Virus record (IMG/VR): IMGVR_UViG_3300032829_000002
Location: 1-64,000 of that record
Direction: 5' to 3' (one strand)
From: an uncultured virus (IMG/VR IMGVR_UViG_3300032829_000002)
Lineage: Duplodnaviria > Heunggongvirae > Uroviricota > Caudoviricetes
DNA length: 64,000 bases
Part shown: piece after piece, positions 18,034-26,924 of the stretch
How the letters are laid out: every line of letters starts with the position of its first letter
Position numbering within the stretch: position 1 is the first letter of the stretch
Translations under genes and position numbers: made by a program
Notes under the pieces: model-generated
What the model saw: only the letters and a program-made list of their open reading frames with translations
Told to the model about the DNA's origin: nothing
The model's database searches: none

Positions 18034-19169
18034 CTCCTGCTCCTTTCGAGTACGAGCCCGACGAGGCTGCGCAGGTCATCGAGCGTCGCGTTGTTGTCGA
18101 TCACGGAGTAGAACTTCTCCGGAGGAATCAGGAGTTGTTCAGTCTCACTGGCGTGCTGAGCGGACGCTCCCTGAAGACCAGCACCGGGGCGGTTGATCTT
18201 CCAGACGATGCCGCCTGCTGCACGGATGGCGTCGATCTCGTTGAGGAAGCGAACGTCGGAGATGACGACGTCCGTCTTCGGCTTCACCCAGTCCAATTGC
18301 GACTCGAACTGCGACAGGAAGCGCACGCCGGACTTCGCGTCGTAGTAGAAGCCCCCGTCCTTGAGGATGCGCGCCACGCGCAAGGCGTAGTCGACCCACA
18401 CGTTCGGGTAGCAGTTCCGTCCGTACTCCGTCCCAAGTTGCTGCAAGGCGTACCTCGGTGTGAGGAACATCTCGCTGTTCAATCGGGCGAAGTCCCCGAA
18501 GACCTTTCTGGCTTCCGTATCGTAAGCCACGGCAGCCTCCTCTTCGGTATCGAAGCGCCCCAGGTTCTTCGTCTTACCGAAGGCCGTGAGCTTGGCGCTC
18601 CACTTGTTCCGATCGGTGTCGAGGCCGACCCCCTTGAAGACGGACGTCCCGCCTCGTCGTTTCTCCTCGTTCGCATGGTTCTCTGCGTGCGTGCAGTAGC
18701 GCAGGTTCTTGCGTCGGTTATCGAGCCCGTCTCCGTTGACGTGGTCGATGACCATGCCTTCTGGGGCCTCCCCCATGATCAACTGATGGAGCTTTAGCGA
18801 GTCGGTGGTTCGACGTACGTACGCCGTGCGCTTACCTTGTTCCTTGCGGTTGATGCACCACTTGTGCTCCAGCACGACGGCGAGGTCATCCTCGTCGATG
18901 AGAGTGTGCGCATCGTCGATGGGCAACCAGATCGAACGAGGAGGCGCCGTAGGGTACGTGAAGCGGTCGGAGCGCGGATACCTCTTGTCCGGCTTGTTCC
19001 TCTCCGCGCTCGGCCCCCAGAGCTGCTCGTCGGTGAAGGCGAAGACGTCCTTGCAGATCCGCTTGAGCGGGTCCGCAAGCGCGACCTTCACGAAGCTATG
19101 GTCGCGGACCAAGAAGTCCGCGACCGTGTCCTTTCCGCTGCCCGCTTGGCCGCAGAGTCCGATGATCAT
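18030..19169 (-). CDS. Deoxynucleoside monophosphate kinase with an in-frame HNH-AP2 endonuclease insertion
   Basis: P-loop 'IIGLCGQAGSGKDT', 'LADPLK', 'TPRYALQQLGTE', 'VVISDVRFLNE', 'HASE'; insert 'DHVNGDGLDNRRKNLR...N' plus AP2 'LGRFDTEEEAAVAYD'. Confidence 0.85.
   Translation of the reverse strand: MIIGLCGQAGSGKDTVADFLVRDHSFVKVALADPLKRICKDVFAFTDEQLWGPSAERNKPDKRYPRSDRFTYPTAPPRSIWLPIDDAHTLIDEDDLAVVLEHKWCINRKEQGKRTAYVRRTTDSLKLHQLIMGEAPEGMVIDHVNGDGLDNRRKNLRYCTHAENHANEEKRRGGTSVFKGVGLDTDRNKWSAKLTAFGKTKNLGRFDTEEEAAVAYDTEARKVFGDFARLNSEMFLTPRYALQQLGTEYGRNCYPNVWVDYALRVARILKDGGFYYDAKSGVRFLSQFESQLDWVKPKTDVVISDVRFLNEIDAIRAAGGIVWKINRPGAGLQGASAQHASETEQLLIPPEKFYSVIDNNATLDDLRSLVGLVLERSRR
18477..18945 (-). 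mobile_element. HNH-AP2 homing-endonuclease-like module inserted in frame in the dNMP kinase (approximate boundaries)
   Basis: A complete HNH plus AP2 architecture interrupts the kinase between 'DKRYPR' and 'FLTPRY'. Confidence 0.7.
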
Positions 19170-19627
19170 CGTCGGCCCGTGTACCCAGACGTCGACGCCG
19201 TGAACTGCTGCTTCCAGCCCCAGTCGTCTTGAACGTACTGCGCGAACTCGCTCTCGGAGATGAAGATCTCGTCTTTGGTGCACATCTCCAGCATGCGGAT
19301 CACACGATCGTAGTCCTTGGTGTGGTCCTGCGGTTCGACGAGGACGATCTGCCGACGGATCGCTTTGCCATCCCGCGCTTCTGCGAGCATGCGATCGAGC
19401 TCCTTGATGGCGTCTTCGCGGTAGCCCTTCTGAGCGTCGAGGAAGATGTTGCGATGCTCGTCGCGGTTTTTCTTCAGCACGGTGAGGAGCTCGTCCTTCT
19501 TGACCGTCACTCCTGCCATTCCATCGTTGCTCATCATCATGTTCATTCTCCGTTCGATTTGACGCCAGGCCCGTTCGTCTGCGCGGGCCTGGCGGTGAAG
19601 TACTTCGTGTAGTGCTGGGACGTTCAC
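19166..19627 (-). CDS. Hypothetical helical protein (alternative start near 19540)
   Basis: GTGA and ATGA overlaps with both neighbours. Confidence 0.6.
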   Translation of the reverse strand: MNVPALHEVLHRQARADERAWRQIERRMNMMMSNDGMAGVTVKKDELLTVLKKNRDEHRNIFLDAQKGYREDAIKELDRMLAEARDGKAIRRQIVLVEPQDHTKDYDRVIRMLEMCTKDEIFISESEFAQYVQDDWGWKQQFTASTSGYTGRR

Positions 19628-20751
19628 GACGGTAGGACTTTGCCTGCCAACCGCTGGAGCTCGAGCTTGCGCTCTTCGTCTTCCGTCTCACCCGCGAGCC
19701 ATGAGATGGCGTTCGACATGCGCCACATGGTGTTCCCCGGCGGCAGCAGCTCGACGTCCGGCTCGTTGAACTTGGAGATCGCTTTGTCGAGCTCTCCCTT
19801 GTTCATGAAGCGCTTGAGCATGTCGAGGACGCTCTTGCGACTCGCGTCGTCGAGCTTCCTCTCGTGCGCTTTGCGAACGTGCGCTTGCATCTCTTCGATG
19901 CGGGATTCGGCGAGCTGTCCGATGACCATGTCCTCGACGCCGGAGAGAACGGTCTTCATGTCGAGCTTCTGCGTGCGCACGGACCAGTCGACGTCCTCGG
20001 TGAGGCGCTTGCCGAGATGGACCTGACGCATGCTGGTCTCGCCGATCATGCCGTTGAGGCAAACGAGGCGGAGCAGGAAGAAGCTGACGTTCAGCGCCCC
20101 GTTGCCGAAGTCGCTGTTCTCGAAGGTCGCGCCGTACGCCATGATCTCCCCGGCCACCGGCTCGTAGACCTTCGGGATGAGTGCCTGGATGCTGACCTTC
20201 GTGTCGGTGACATACCCCTCGTAGGGCAACGCGCCGACCTTCGCGCAGGAGCGCGCGAACGCGTCGACCAGCGGGCGTGAGTCGAGGCGGCGGTACCGAT
20301 CCGAGAGGAAGCCCCGTGCGTCGTCGTTGACGATTCGCACGAGCGCCTTCTCGTCGACGTGCCCGAGGAGCTCGTTGAAGTTTGATGCGAGGAGCTCGAT
20401 CCCCCAGCTCCCCTTCTCCATCAGGTGGTTCACGAACACCATCGGAATCTTGGCGCGCTCGGCGGCCTGTCCGAGAGCATTGCGGTGAAGCGTGACCGCC
20501 GTGTCGTCCGGCAGGAGCATTTGCAGCCTGTCCCCGGTCTTCTTGGTCGCGAGCTCGAACTCGAGCTTGTTGACCTTCACCAGCTTGTCGACGGGCTGGA
20601 GAGTTTCGACGTACTCCATCACCTTTGCGGCGCGGCTGCGCCCACGTGTGATGATCTCCTCGAGGCGCGCGCGCCCCTTGGACGGAATGGCAGGAACCGG
20701 ACCCTGCGTGAACGCGGATGCGTCTGCTTCGAACATCGCCATCTGTTGCAT
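19624..20751 (-). CDS. DUF932-like phage protein
   Basis: 'RGFLSDRYRRLD', 'NSDFGNGALNV...RLVCLNGMI', 'TMWRMSNAIS'; GAGGAG RBS. Confidence 0.6.
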   Translation of the reverse strand: MQQMAMFEADASAFTQGPVPAIPSKGRARLEEIITRGRSRAAKVMEYVETLQPVDKLVKVNKLEFELATKKTGDRLQMLLPDDTAVTLHRNALGQAAERAKIPMVFVNHLMEKGSWGIELLASNFNELLGHVDEKALVRIVNDDARGFLSDRYRRLDSRPLVDAFARSCAKVGALPYEGYVTDTKVSIQALIPKVYEPVAGEIMAYGATFENSDFGNGALNVSFFLLRLVCLNGMIGETSMRQVHLGKRLTEDVDWSVRTQKLDMKTVLSGVEDMVIGQLAESRIEEMQAHVRKAHERKLDDASRKSVLDMLKRFMNKGELDKAISKFNEPDVELLPPGNTMWRMSNAISWLAGETEDEERKLELQRLAGKVLPS

Positions 20752-20760
20752 CTCTCCTCT

Positions 20761-21567
20761 CTATCTGCGGCCGAGAATCGGTTGCGGCCGCCTGTTCTGT
20801 CGTTGCGGTGTCACGGTTGTCGGGTTGCACGTCCAGGCGTACTTGCACCACCGGCAGTGCTGCCCTTCCTCTCTTTCGGGTAGCTCCTCCTTGTCCGCCA
20901 TCTCGAGGCACTCTTTCGCGCGCTGCTCGAGACTGCCCCACAGCCTCTCGTTGAAGCGAATGAGGAACGGAGTCACCGACGGCGTCATGTTCTGGTTGCC
21001 CTTGTTCCAGTACAAGAACCACATCAGCGGCAAGTCGAGGCACGCCATGTAGACGTGCGCCTGCTCGACATGTTTCTCCTTCGGCTTCTTGAGCTTGTCG
21101 AAGTCGTCGGGAGAAGCCGACTTGATCTCGAGCCCGACGCGAAGAATGGGGGATGCGGTGTCATCGTAGAAGGTGAAGACGCCATCGCAGCTCGACGTGA
21201 TGCAGAGCCGCTTGGCGATCTCAGTGTCGTTGACGGACACTTCTTCTTGGAAGTGCAGCTTGCCTCGACTGTGCCTCGACATCAGGTCGAAGTCCTTCTG
21301 GAGCATGCTGTGGATTGCATGACCTACGTTGAACCGCTTGCGGAAGGGCAGTGGAACTGCTCCCTTCTTCTCTGTGTTGAAGAGCGAGTAGACCACCTGC
21401 CGTTTGCACGTGCAGAGCTCGGATGCATGGATGCCTGCGGCTCGGGTGTGGCTGTCGTCCGGGTAGTTCTCGAGGAAGTCCTCGAAGATCCGTCCGAGTT
21501 GCATCGCCTGTTGTTCCATCAGAGCGACGCCAGGCTGCTGAAGATCAGCGATTTTTGTGAGTTGCAC
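20761..21567 (-). CDS. Cas4-like PD-(D/E)xK exonuclease with four Cys (Fe-S)
   Basis: 'IHASELCTCKR', 'GHAIH', 'DG...LEIKS', 'QAHVYM', 'CRWCKYAWTC'; likely GTG start at 21567. Confidence 0.8.
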   Translation of the reverse strand: MQLTKIADLQQPGVALMEQQAMQLGRIFEDFLENYPDDSHTRAAGIHASELCTCKRQVVYSLFNTEKKGAVPLPFRKRFNVGHAIHSMLQKDFDLMSRHSRGKLHFQEEVSVNDTEIAKRLCITSSCDGVFTFYDDTASPILRVGLEIKSASPDDFDKLKKPKEKHVEQAHVYMACLDLPLMWFLYWNKGNQNMTPSVTPFLIRFNERLWGSLEQRAKECLEMADKEELPEREEGQHCRWCKYAWTCNPTTVTPQRQNRRPQPILGRR

Positions 21568-22039
21568 GCCAGTCCTCGTAGGGGATGAGCACCCACTTGT
21601 CTTCTTCTCGAAGGGTGCCTCTGTTGACGAACGTGATGACGAAGGCTGGCTTCTCGCCAAGGCCACACTCGCCACGAATCTTGTCGAGCTCCCGTCGTGT
21701 GACGGTGTACTGCTTCGATCGCGTGGTCTTGGACTCGATCCTGAGCTCTCCCTTCTTTCGAACGTCTCCTTTGGCCCAGGGCAGTGCGCCGGAGTTCTTT
21801 TGTTGCTTGCCCCCGACGTCCTCCGCGATCCCCTTCTCGGTGCGGCGCGCGCGTTTCAGCATGCGTCGTGACGGTGTGCCAAGCCCCTCTTGTTCTGGTC
21901 GGGAGAGCACTGCCTGAAGAAGTTGGCTCGGGTCGTTGACGTTGAACGGTCCGATGCGGTCTTGGACGCCCTCCCCGACGACGTCCACGTAGACGCCGTC
22001 GGGTTGCTTGTCGAGCCGAACGGTCAGCGGTAGGTGCAC
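21545..22039 (-). CDS. PD-(D/E)xK Holliday-junction-resolvase-like nuclease
   Basis: 'TEKGIAEDVGGKQQKNSGA...KGDV...IESKTT'. Confidence 0.7.
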   Translation of the reverse strand: MHLPLTVRLDKQPDGVYVDVVGEGVQDRIGPFNVNDPSQLLQAVLSRPEQEGLGTPSRRMLKRARRTEKGIAEDVGGKQQKNSGALPWAKGDVRKKGELRIESKTTRSKQYTVTRRELDKIRGECGLGEKPAFVITFVNRGTLREEDKWVLIPYEDWRATHKNR

Positions 22040-23229
22040 AGGTGCCCCGCAGCCGCCAAGATCTCCTGTCGAACTGCGAGTTCGAACTCGACGTTCGACT
22101 GCAAGTCTTTGACGAAGGTATCGACGCCGGGGATCTTCTCGCGCAGGATCGCTCCATCTTCCTTGCGTACGACGGACAGCATGCCCGCCTTTTCTCGGAT
22201 GACGCCTTGCGAGACACCGGCTTGGACGATCGTGTGGTAGTCATCCAAGAGACGCTCGTAGGTGAAGTCGGCTTCTCCACGAATGCCGTCGTGCGTGCCC
22301 GCCTTGCCCTTGCTGATGTCCCACTGAAGCGTGCGTCCGAGCTGCTCGCCTTTGTTCTCGCCGCTCTTCTGGCGGAGCTTCTCACCCGGCCAGATGAGCA
22401 CACGCAGCAGCGCAGCGTGACGAATCGCCCAGGGCATCACCTCTTGGTACTGCTTGATGTACTTCTGCATCGCCGACGGCGCGTTGGCGCGGTCACGGTT
22501 GGCGCGGACTTGTCCCGTGGCCAAGATCGCGGTGTGGTTGACGCCTTCGATTCCGAGCGTCAACGGGTGGTACCGCTTGGTGAAGCGCGTGAGAACGCTC
22601 GCGCTCGCAGCCTGTTGCACGTTGTCCTCGAGGCTCTCCGTTCCGGCTTCTGCGCCGCTTTGGAAGGAGTTGATGGAGTCGATGCCGATGATGCCGAACT
22701 CCTTGGATGCGAAGCAGTCGAGGATGATGTCCAGCACCTTCTCGCCGGTGTCCCCGCGGATGATGAAGAACTCGCCGGTCTGCGACTTGAAGGACTTGAT
22801 CTCCTCCTTCGTGTAGAGAGGAAGCCCTCGACCTTCTCGGATCTCTTGCGCTTGGTCGATCATCTCGTCCGGAATGGCGATGTCGACGCCGCAGTGGCGC
22901 ATGAAGAAGTAGTCGGGGAGGAACTCGATGGGAGCGAGAGCGATCGCCGACGCGTTCCCGAAGATGCGTTGGTGCATCGCCATCGTGCGGTAGAGCAGCA
23001 TCGTTTTGCCGGCGCCGTCCGGTCCGGAGATGACGCTCATGCCGCCGGCGGGGAAGCCGCCTCCAAGATCGATGTCGAGCTGCATGCACCCCGTGGGGTA
23101 GCGAAGGATGTAGGGGTTCGGTACTTCGCTGGCGAAGCAAACGACCTTGTTCTTGGCCTTGGCGTTGATCTTGTTCACGAGCGCGTTGATGCGCTTCTTC
23201 TTCTCGAGGATGTCGTCTTTCTTGCTCAT
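22024..23229 (-). CDS. recA: RecA/UvsX recombinase
   Basis: 'PTGCMQLDIDLGGGFPAGGMSVISGPDGAGKT' Walker A; 'IIGIDSI' Walker B; 'QVR'; 'KGKAG'. Confidence 0.9.
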   Translation of the reverse strand: MSKKDDILEKKKRINALVNKINAKAKNKVVCFASEVPNPYILRYPTGCMQLDIDLGGGFPAGGMSVISGPDGAGKTMLLYRTMAMHQRIFGNASAIALAPIEFLPDYFFMRHCGVDIAIPDEMIDQAQEIREGRGLPLYTKEEIKSFKSQTGEFFIIRGDTGEKVLDIILDCFASKEFGIIGIDSINSFQSGAEAGTESLEDNVQQAASASVLTRFTKRYHPLTLGIEGVNHTAILATGQVRANRDRANAPSAMQKYIKQYQEVMPWAIRHAALLRVLIWPGEKLRQKSGENKGEQLGRTLQWDISKGKAGTHDGIRGEADFTYERLLDDYHTIVQAGVSQGVIREKAGMLSVVRKEDGAILREKIPGVDTFVKDLQSNVEFELAVRQEILAAAGHLCTYR

Positions 23230-23292
23230 GATCTTCCTTTGGGCAAAAGCGCAGCTCGACACCCCCAGGTGTAGCGGGGTGTCTGCGGCAGT

Positions 23293-23320
23293 CTTGTTCC
23301 TTCTCGCTCGAGCTACTTGC
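23293..23320 (-). promoter_or_regulatory. Putative phage promoter GCAA-N16-GGAACAAG upstream of recA
   Basis: One of four copies of this motif, each ahead of a minus-strand gene cluster. Confidence 0.55.
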
Positions 23321-23741
23321 TACCGGTGCCGGGGATGCCCTCGAAGGGCTGGGTGCCGCAGCTCGAGCAAATCAACAGGTTGCCCTGCCTCTCCACCTTG
23401 CCGCCGCACATCGGGCAACCCTGGGCAGCTCGCTTCTCGAGCTTCTCTTGGTCCTGCCCCGTGGTCTCGTCTACGCCGTACTTCTGCATGGGTCTCGCTC
23501 CGTGTTGCCCCAGGTGCTCCTGGAGGTTCTTTTTGAAGTTCTTCGAACGAGAGAAGGATACCCGCAACGCGGTGACTTCGCCCTTCATTCGAAACTTCCC
23601 GAGGGTAGGCAGATAGACGCGTTCTCCACGCAGGAGGTCGTGGACGATCAGCCTCAAGAACGTCGAGGTGATCGCCGCAACTTCCTGCGTGGAGTAGTTC
23701 GTCACGGCTGCGATGCGCTGGTCGAGTTGCTTCTTGTTCAC
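23313..23741 (-). CDS. HU/IHF-like DNA-binding protein with a C-terminal zinc ribbon
   Basis: 'MNKKQLDQRIA...LLRGERVYLPTLGKF...VSFSRSKNFK' plus CPMC...CSSC. Confidence 0.7.
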   Translation of the reverse strand: MNKKQLDQRIAAVTNYSTQEVAAITSTFLRLIVHDLLRGERVYLPTLGKFRMKGEVTALRVSFSRSKNFKKNLQEHLGQHGARPMQKYGVDETTGQDQEKLEKRAAQGCPMCGGKVERQGNLLICSSCGTQPFEGIPGTGSK

Positions 23742-25687
23742 TTCGCATCCATCCAGCTTTTGCCCTTACCGATGGAGACCTCGAGTGGAACCGCGAGCTT
23801 GGTCGGCAGCGAGTCCTCCATGATCTCCTTGATGACCTTCAGGCACTCCTCCGTCGTCTCCTCTGGACCTTCGAAGGCGAGCTCGTCGTGAACCTGAAGC
23901 AGCATGTGGAAGCCGTACTCGTCGACGAGGTTGGCTTGATCGCAGAGAATCATGGCCATCTTCACGACGTCAGCCGCAGTGCCCTGGATCGGAACGTTGG
24001 ATGCTTGCCGCTCTGCACGCCAGCGGATGTCGTTCTGCGTGGAGTTGATCTCGGGCAGGAAGCGACGACGTCCCAACAGCGTGTACGCGTACCCCGTTTG
24101 CCGTACAACGCCGATGCTGTCCGCGTAGAACTTCTTCACCGCAGGGTAGCGGTCCATGTACCTGTTGATCAGGTTGATGGCCTCTTCCTTCGTGATACGC
24201 AGGTCGTTGGCGAGCTTCTTCTCCTTCATGCCGTAGTTGAGACCGAAGCCGATGGTCTTGACGTGCTGCCTCGCCTCCAGGCACTTGCGGTAGTAGTCCG
24301 TCATCTCCGCCTCGGGCAGCTCGCCGGCTTTGACCTTCTTGTCGACCTTCTTGGCCTTCTCCAGGTCTTCGTACGGGATGTTGAACACGAGCGAGGCGTT
24401 GCCCATGTGGATGTCCCATCCCTTGAGGAAGATGTCGATCATGTCCTTCTCGAGGGCCGCGGCAGCCAGCAGACGCATCTCGAGCTGCTCGTAGTCGGCG
24501 ACGATCAGGTTGTTCCCCGGCTCTGAGATGAACGCACGGCGGATGCGGTACTTGTCCGTGTCGGGGCGCGGGATGTTCTGGCAGTTGATCTCCGAAGAGG
24601 AAAGACGACCAGTTCGCGCGACGTCTTGGTTGAACTTGTAGTGAACGCGCCCCCACTGGTCGAGGTGGTCACGGATGCCGTCGATGTACGTGCCCTTCAG
24701 CTTGCTGAGGTCACGCTGTTTGAGCATCAGCTCCGCAACCGGGTCTCGGTACTCGCCCGCTAGAAACTCGAGCGTGTCGAAGTCCGTCGACGGCTCTTTC
24801 TTTCCTGTCTTGCCCCCCTTGGTGAGCTTCAGGGGACGGTACTTCTTTTCCTCGAAGAAGTACTGGCGAAGCTGCATCGAGCTGTTGGTGTTGAAGGGCC
24901 GCCCGACCATCTTCACGATCTCTCGTTCGATTCTTTGGAGCTCCGCGGTCACGGGAACGTCGGCAGCCTTCAGGTACTCCTCGTCGATGAAGAATCCGTT
25001 GCGTTCGCACTTCCAGAGCACCCGCGTGAACGGCGACTCGATCTTGTAGAAGACGTCGTGCAGCGTGTCGTACAACTCGGGGTAGAGGCTCCAGGTGATA
25101 GCTTCCTCGAGCTCCTTCTTCAGCTTGTTGCGGATGAAGAGGGTGCCGTACGCGTCGTTCGAAGCGTATTCGGCAAGACGACCTACGTCTTCTTGTTCGA
25201 GACGCGTGAGGAACGCCTTCGGGCCTTCCTTCTTGAAGCCAGTCTTGAAGTCGTCCTTCCATGTCCACCCCAGGACTTGGCGGGCCATGTTCTCGAGCGA
25301 GTGGCTTTCCTCTTCATAGAGCAGCGCGTGCATGACCTGGGTGTCGCAGATCGTGCCCTTCAACTCGATGCCGACGTTGTACAACATGTGCGTGTCGTAC
25401 TTCGCGTTCGCGAAGACCCACTCCTTCTTCTCGTCCTTGAAGGACTCGCGGAAGAACTGCATCGTGTCGGAGCGCATGCAAATGCGACGGAAGCGGCCGG
25501 GCATGTCCGTCTCGTAGGAGATCGACCAGTACAACGGGATGTCCCGCATGTAGTTGCGGCCGGTCGTCTCGGTGTCGATCGCAACGACACTCTTCTCTTT
25601 CACCTCTTGCACGATCTGCATCAGCGCTCGTCGATCGGTCTCCGAGGTGTACCACTCGGCGTCTGGCATCGAGATGTTCCAGGCCAT
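23738..25687 (-). CDS. polA: Family A DNA polymerase (3'-5' exonuclease plus polymerase, no 5' nuclease)
   Basis: 'IDTETTG' ExoI, 'NAKYD', 'RTGRLSS', 'ADYEQLEMR' motif A, 'KTIGFGLNYG' motif B, 'QVHDEL' motif C. Confidence 0.95.
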   Translation of the reverse strand: MAWNISMPDAEWYTSETDRRALMQIVQEVKEKSVVAIDTETTGRNYMRDIPLYWSISYETDMPGRFRRICMRSDTMQFFRESFKDEKKEWVFANAKYDTHMLYNVGIELKGTICDTQVMHALLYEEESHSLENMARQVLGWTWKDDFKTGFKKEGPKAFLTRLEQEDVGRLAEYASNDAYGTLFIRNKLKKELEEAITWSLYPELYDTLHDVFYKIESPFTRVLWKCERNGFFIDEEYLKAADVPVTAELQRIEREIVKMVGRPFNTNSSMQLRQYFFEEKKYRPLKLTKGGKTGKKEPSTDFDTLEFLAGEYRDPVAELMLKQRDLSKLKGTYIDGIRDHLDQWGRVHYKFNQDVARTGRLSSSEINCQNIPRPDTDKYRIRRAFISEPGNNLIVADYEQLEMRLLAAAALEKDMIDIFLKGWDIHMGNASLVFNIPYEDLEKAKKVDKKVKAGELPEAEMTDYYRKCLEARQHVKTIGFGLNYGMKEKKLANDLRITKEEAINLINRYMDRYPAVKKFYADSIGVVRQTGYAYTLLGRRRFLPEINSTQNDIRWRAERQASNVPIQGTAADVVKMAMILCDQANLVDEYGFHMLLQVHDELAFEGPEETTEECLKVIKEIMEDSLPTKLAVPLEVSIGKGKSWMDAK

Positions 25688-25698
25688 TCATCCTCCAG

Positions 25699-25735
25699 AA
25701 AGAAAAAAGCCCGCGCCGATTCCTCAGCGCGGGCT
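25699..25735 (-). terminator. Intrinsic terminator between the putative SSB and polA
   Basis: Stem agcccgcgc/gcgcgggct followed by a T-run (TTTTTCTTT) on the minus strand. Confidence 0.75.
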
Positions 25736-25743
25736 CGTTGTGC

Positions 25744-26922
25744 TCAGTGTCCGTAGTTGGGTCCCTGCGGTCCACCGACGGGTTGTCCGCCGCCGTACGG
25801 GCGGTACCCCTGGTTCGTGACGGGTCCTGCGCCCTGCGCCTCGAAGAGACGATCCTGCACCTCGAGGGGCGTCGGAGCGTACATCTTGTCGAGAGGCAGC
25901 GGCTTTGCGATCTCCGTGAACGATGGATCGATCGGGCAGGGGTGTGACCAGTCCGTCACCATGAGCGTCGTCTGGTTGCCCCCCTCCTTCGAGTTGTTGA
26001 TGCGCTGAACGTGGATGTTGACGTCGAAGATCGAGGCACGGCGCGCATTGCCGCATGCGGTGCACTCGTACATCTCCTGCGCCATCACTCGGTTCTTGCA
26101 GGCCGGGCACTCGATTTCTCGCATCACGATCTTCGCGATGTCCGCGTCGGTCATGGTGGTGGTCGAGAGGTCGATGATCGCCTCGCCGCAGCCTTCGACG
26201 GGGCACACCCAGGCGATGGACCGGATGCTGTTCTTGGTGCCGCAGCTTGCGCACGAGTTGCCCACGAGCGGGTTGTACGCCTCGATCAGCGTGTTGAAGT
26301 GCGAGTACCCCATCGGCCAGGGGCGCACACGCCCGTGCTTCGTCTCCTTGCCGGCCTTGCACGCCGTGCAGGTTCGACCTTCGCACGGATGCCAGTCGTA
26401 GTAGGGCTCGCCACGCTCGTTCACGCGGATCTGCCCCGTGTTCTGATCGAGCGACTCCACCTTGTGGTACGGAGCCATGTGCAAGAAGTTGAAGACGAAC
26501 ATGTCGCGCTTCGACATGCGCTTCGTCGTCCCCTTCGGTGCTCCGAGGCCCTCGTAGAACATGTCGCATCCGCGGCAGTCGTCCCGCTTGCCCTTGAAGT
26601 TGTGCAGCGGACCACCCGAGCAGACGCTGGACTTGTTCGTGCGTCCGTCGAAGTGCTCGACGAACGGGAAGAACTCGAGTTGCACCTCTGCGAGGCTTTC
26701 GCCCTTCTCGTCACCGGCGATCTGCACGGTGTAGTTGCCGGGAAGCAGGCGGCCGACGTCGAGTGCGTGAGGACCCATGGGCGGCTTGTACTCGTCGCTG
26801 AAGCGACGGCCACGGGTCGTGCGCGGTCCACGCGAATGGTCCTTGAAAGCGGTAGCGCGCTGGTTGAGCGAGCCACCGAAAGCGGGCACACGGCCCAGCC
26901 TGGTGGGATCTTTTCCGAACAT
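25744..26922 (-). CDS. Cys-rich putative ssDNA-binding protein (gp32-like) with zinc ribbons
   Basis: 'FFPFVEHF...VC...CRGC...MFVFNF'; several CxxC pairs; lies between primase and polymerase. Confidence 0.5.
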   Translation of the reverse strand: MFGKDPTRLGRVPAFGGSLNQRATAFKDHSRGPRTTRGRRFSDEYKPPMGPHALDVGRLLPGNYTVQIAGDEKGESLAEVQLEFFPFVEHFDGRTNKSSVCSGGPLHNFKGKRDDCRGCDMFYEGLGAPKGTTKRMSKRDMFVFNFLHMAPYHKVESLDQNTGQIRVNERGEPYYDWHPCEGRTCTACKAGKETKHGRVRPWPMGYSHFNTLIEAYNPLVGNSCASCGTKNSIRSIAWVCPVEGCGEAIIDLSTTTMTDADIAKIVMREIECPACKNRVMAQEMYECTACGNARRASIFDVNIHVQRINNSKEGGNQTTLMVTDWSHPCPIDPSFTEIAKPLPLDKMYAPTPLEVQDRLFEAQGAGPVTNQGYRPYGGGQPVGGPQGPNYGH

Positions 26923-26924
26923 TG

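Noticed and set aside
18477..18970. Canonical intein in the dNMP kinase
   Set aside because: No block A/B or His-Asn block G is recognisable; the Asn-Ser at the end matches the ordinary AP2 C-terminus.
19170..19691. N-terminal extension of the 553-aa ORF-track call at 18030-19691
   Set aside because: It overlaps the real 19166-19627 gene in another frame; the kinase starts at ATG 19169 with an ATGA overlap.
20761..21567. Cas4-like gene as evidence of a CRISPR-Cas system
   Set aside because: No repeat-spacer array or other cas genes are visible; solo Cas4-like nucleases are common in phage replication modules.
23248..23283. Hairpin gacacccc...ggggtgtc upstream of recA as a terminator or ncRNA
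   Set aside because: There is no adjacent U-tract on either strand and only one copy; it may be a 5' leader structure but cannot be assigned.
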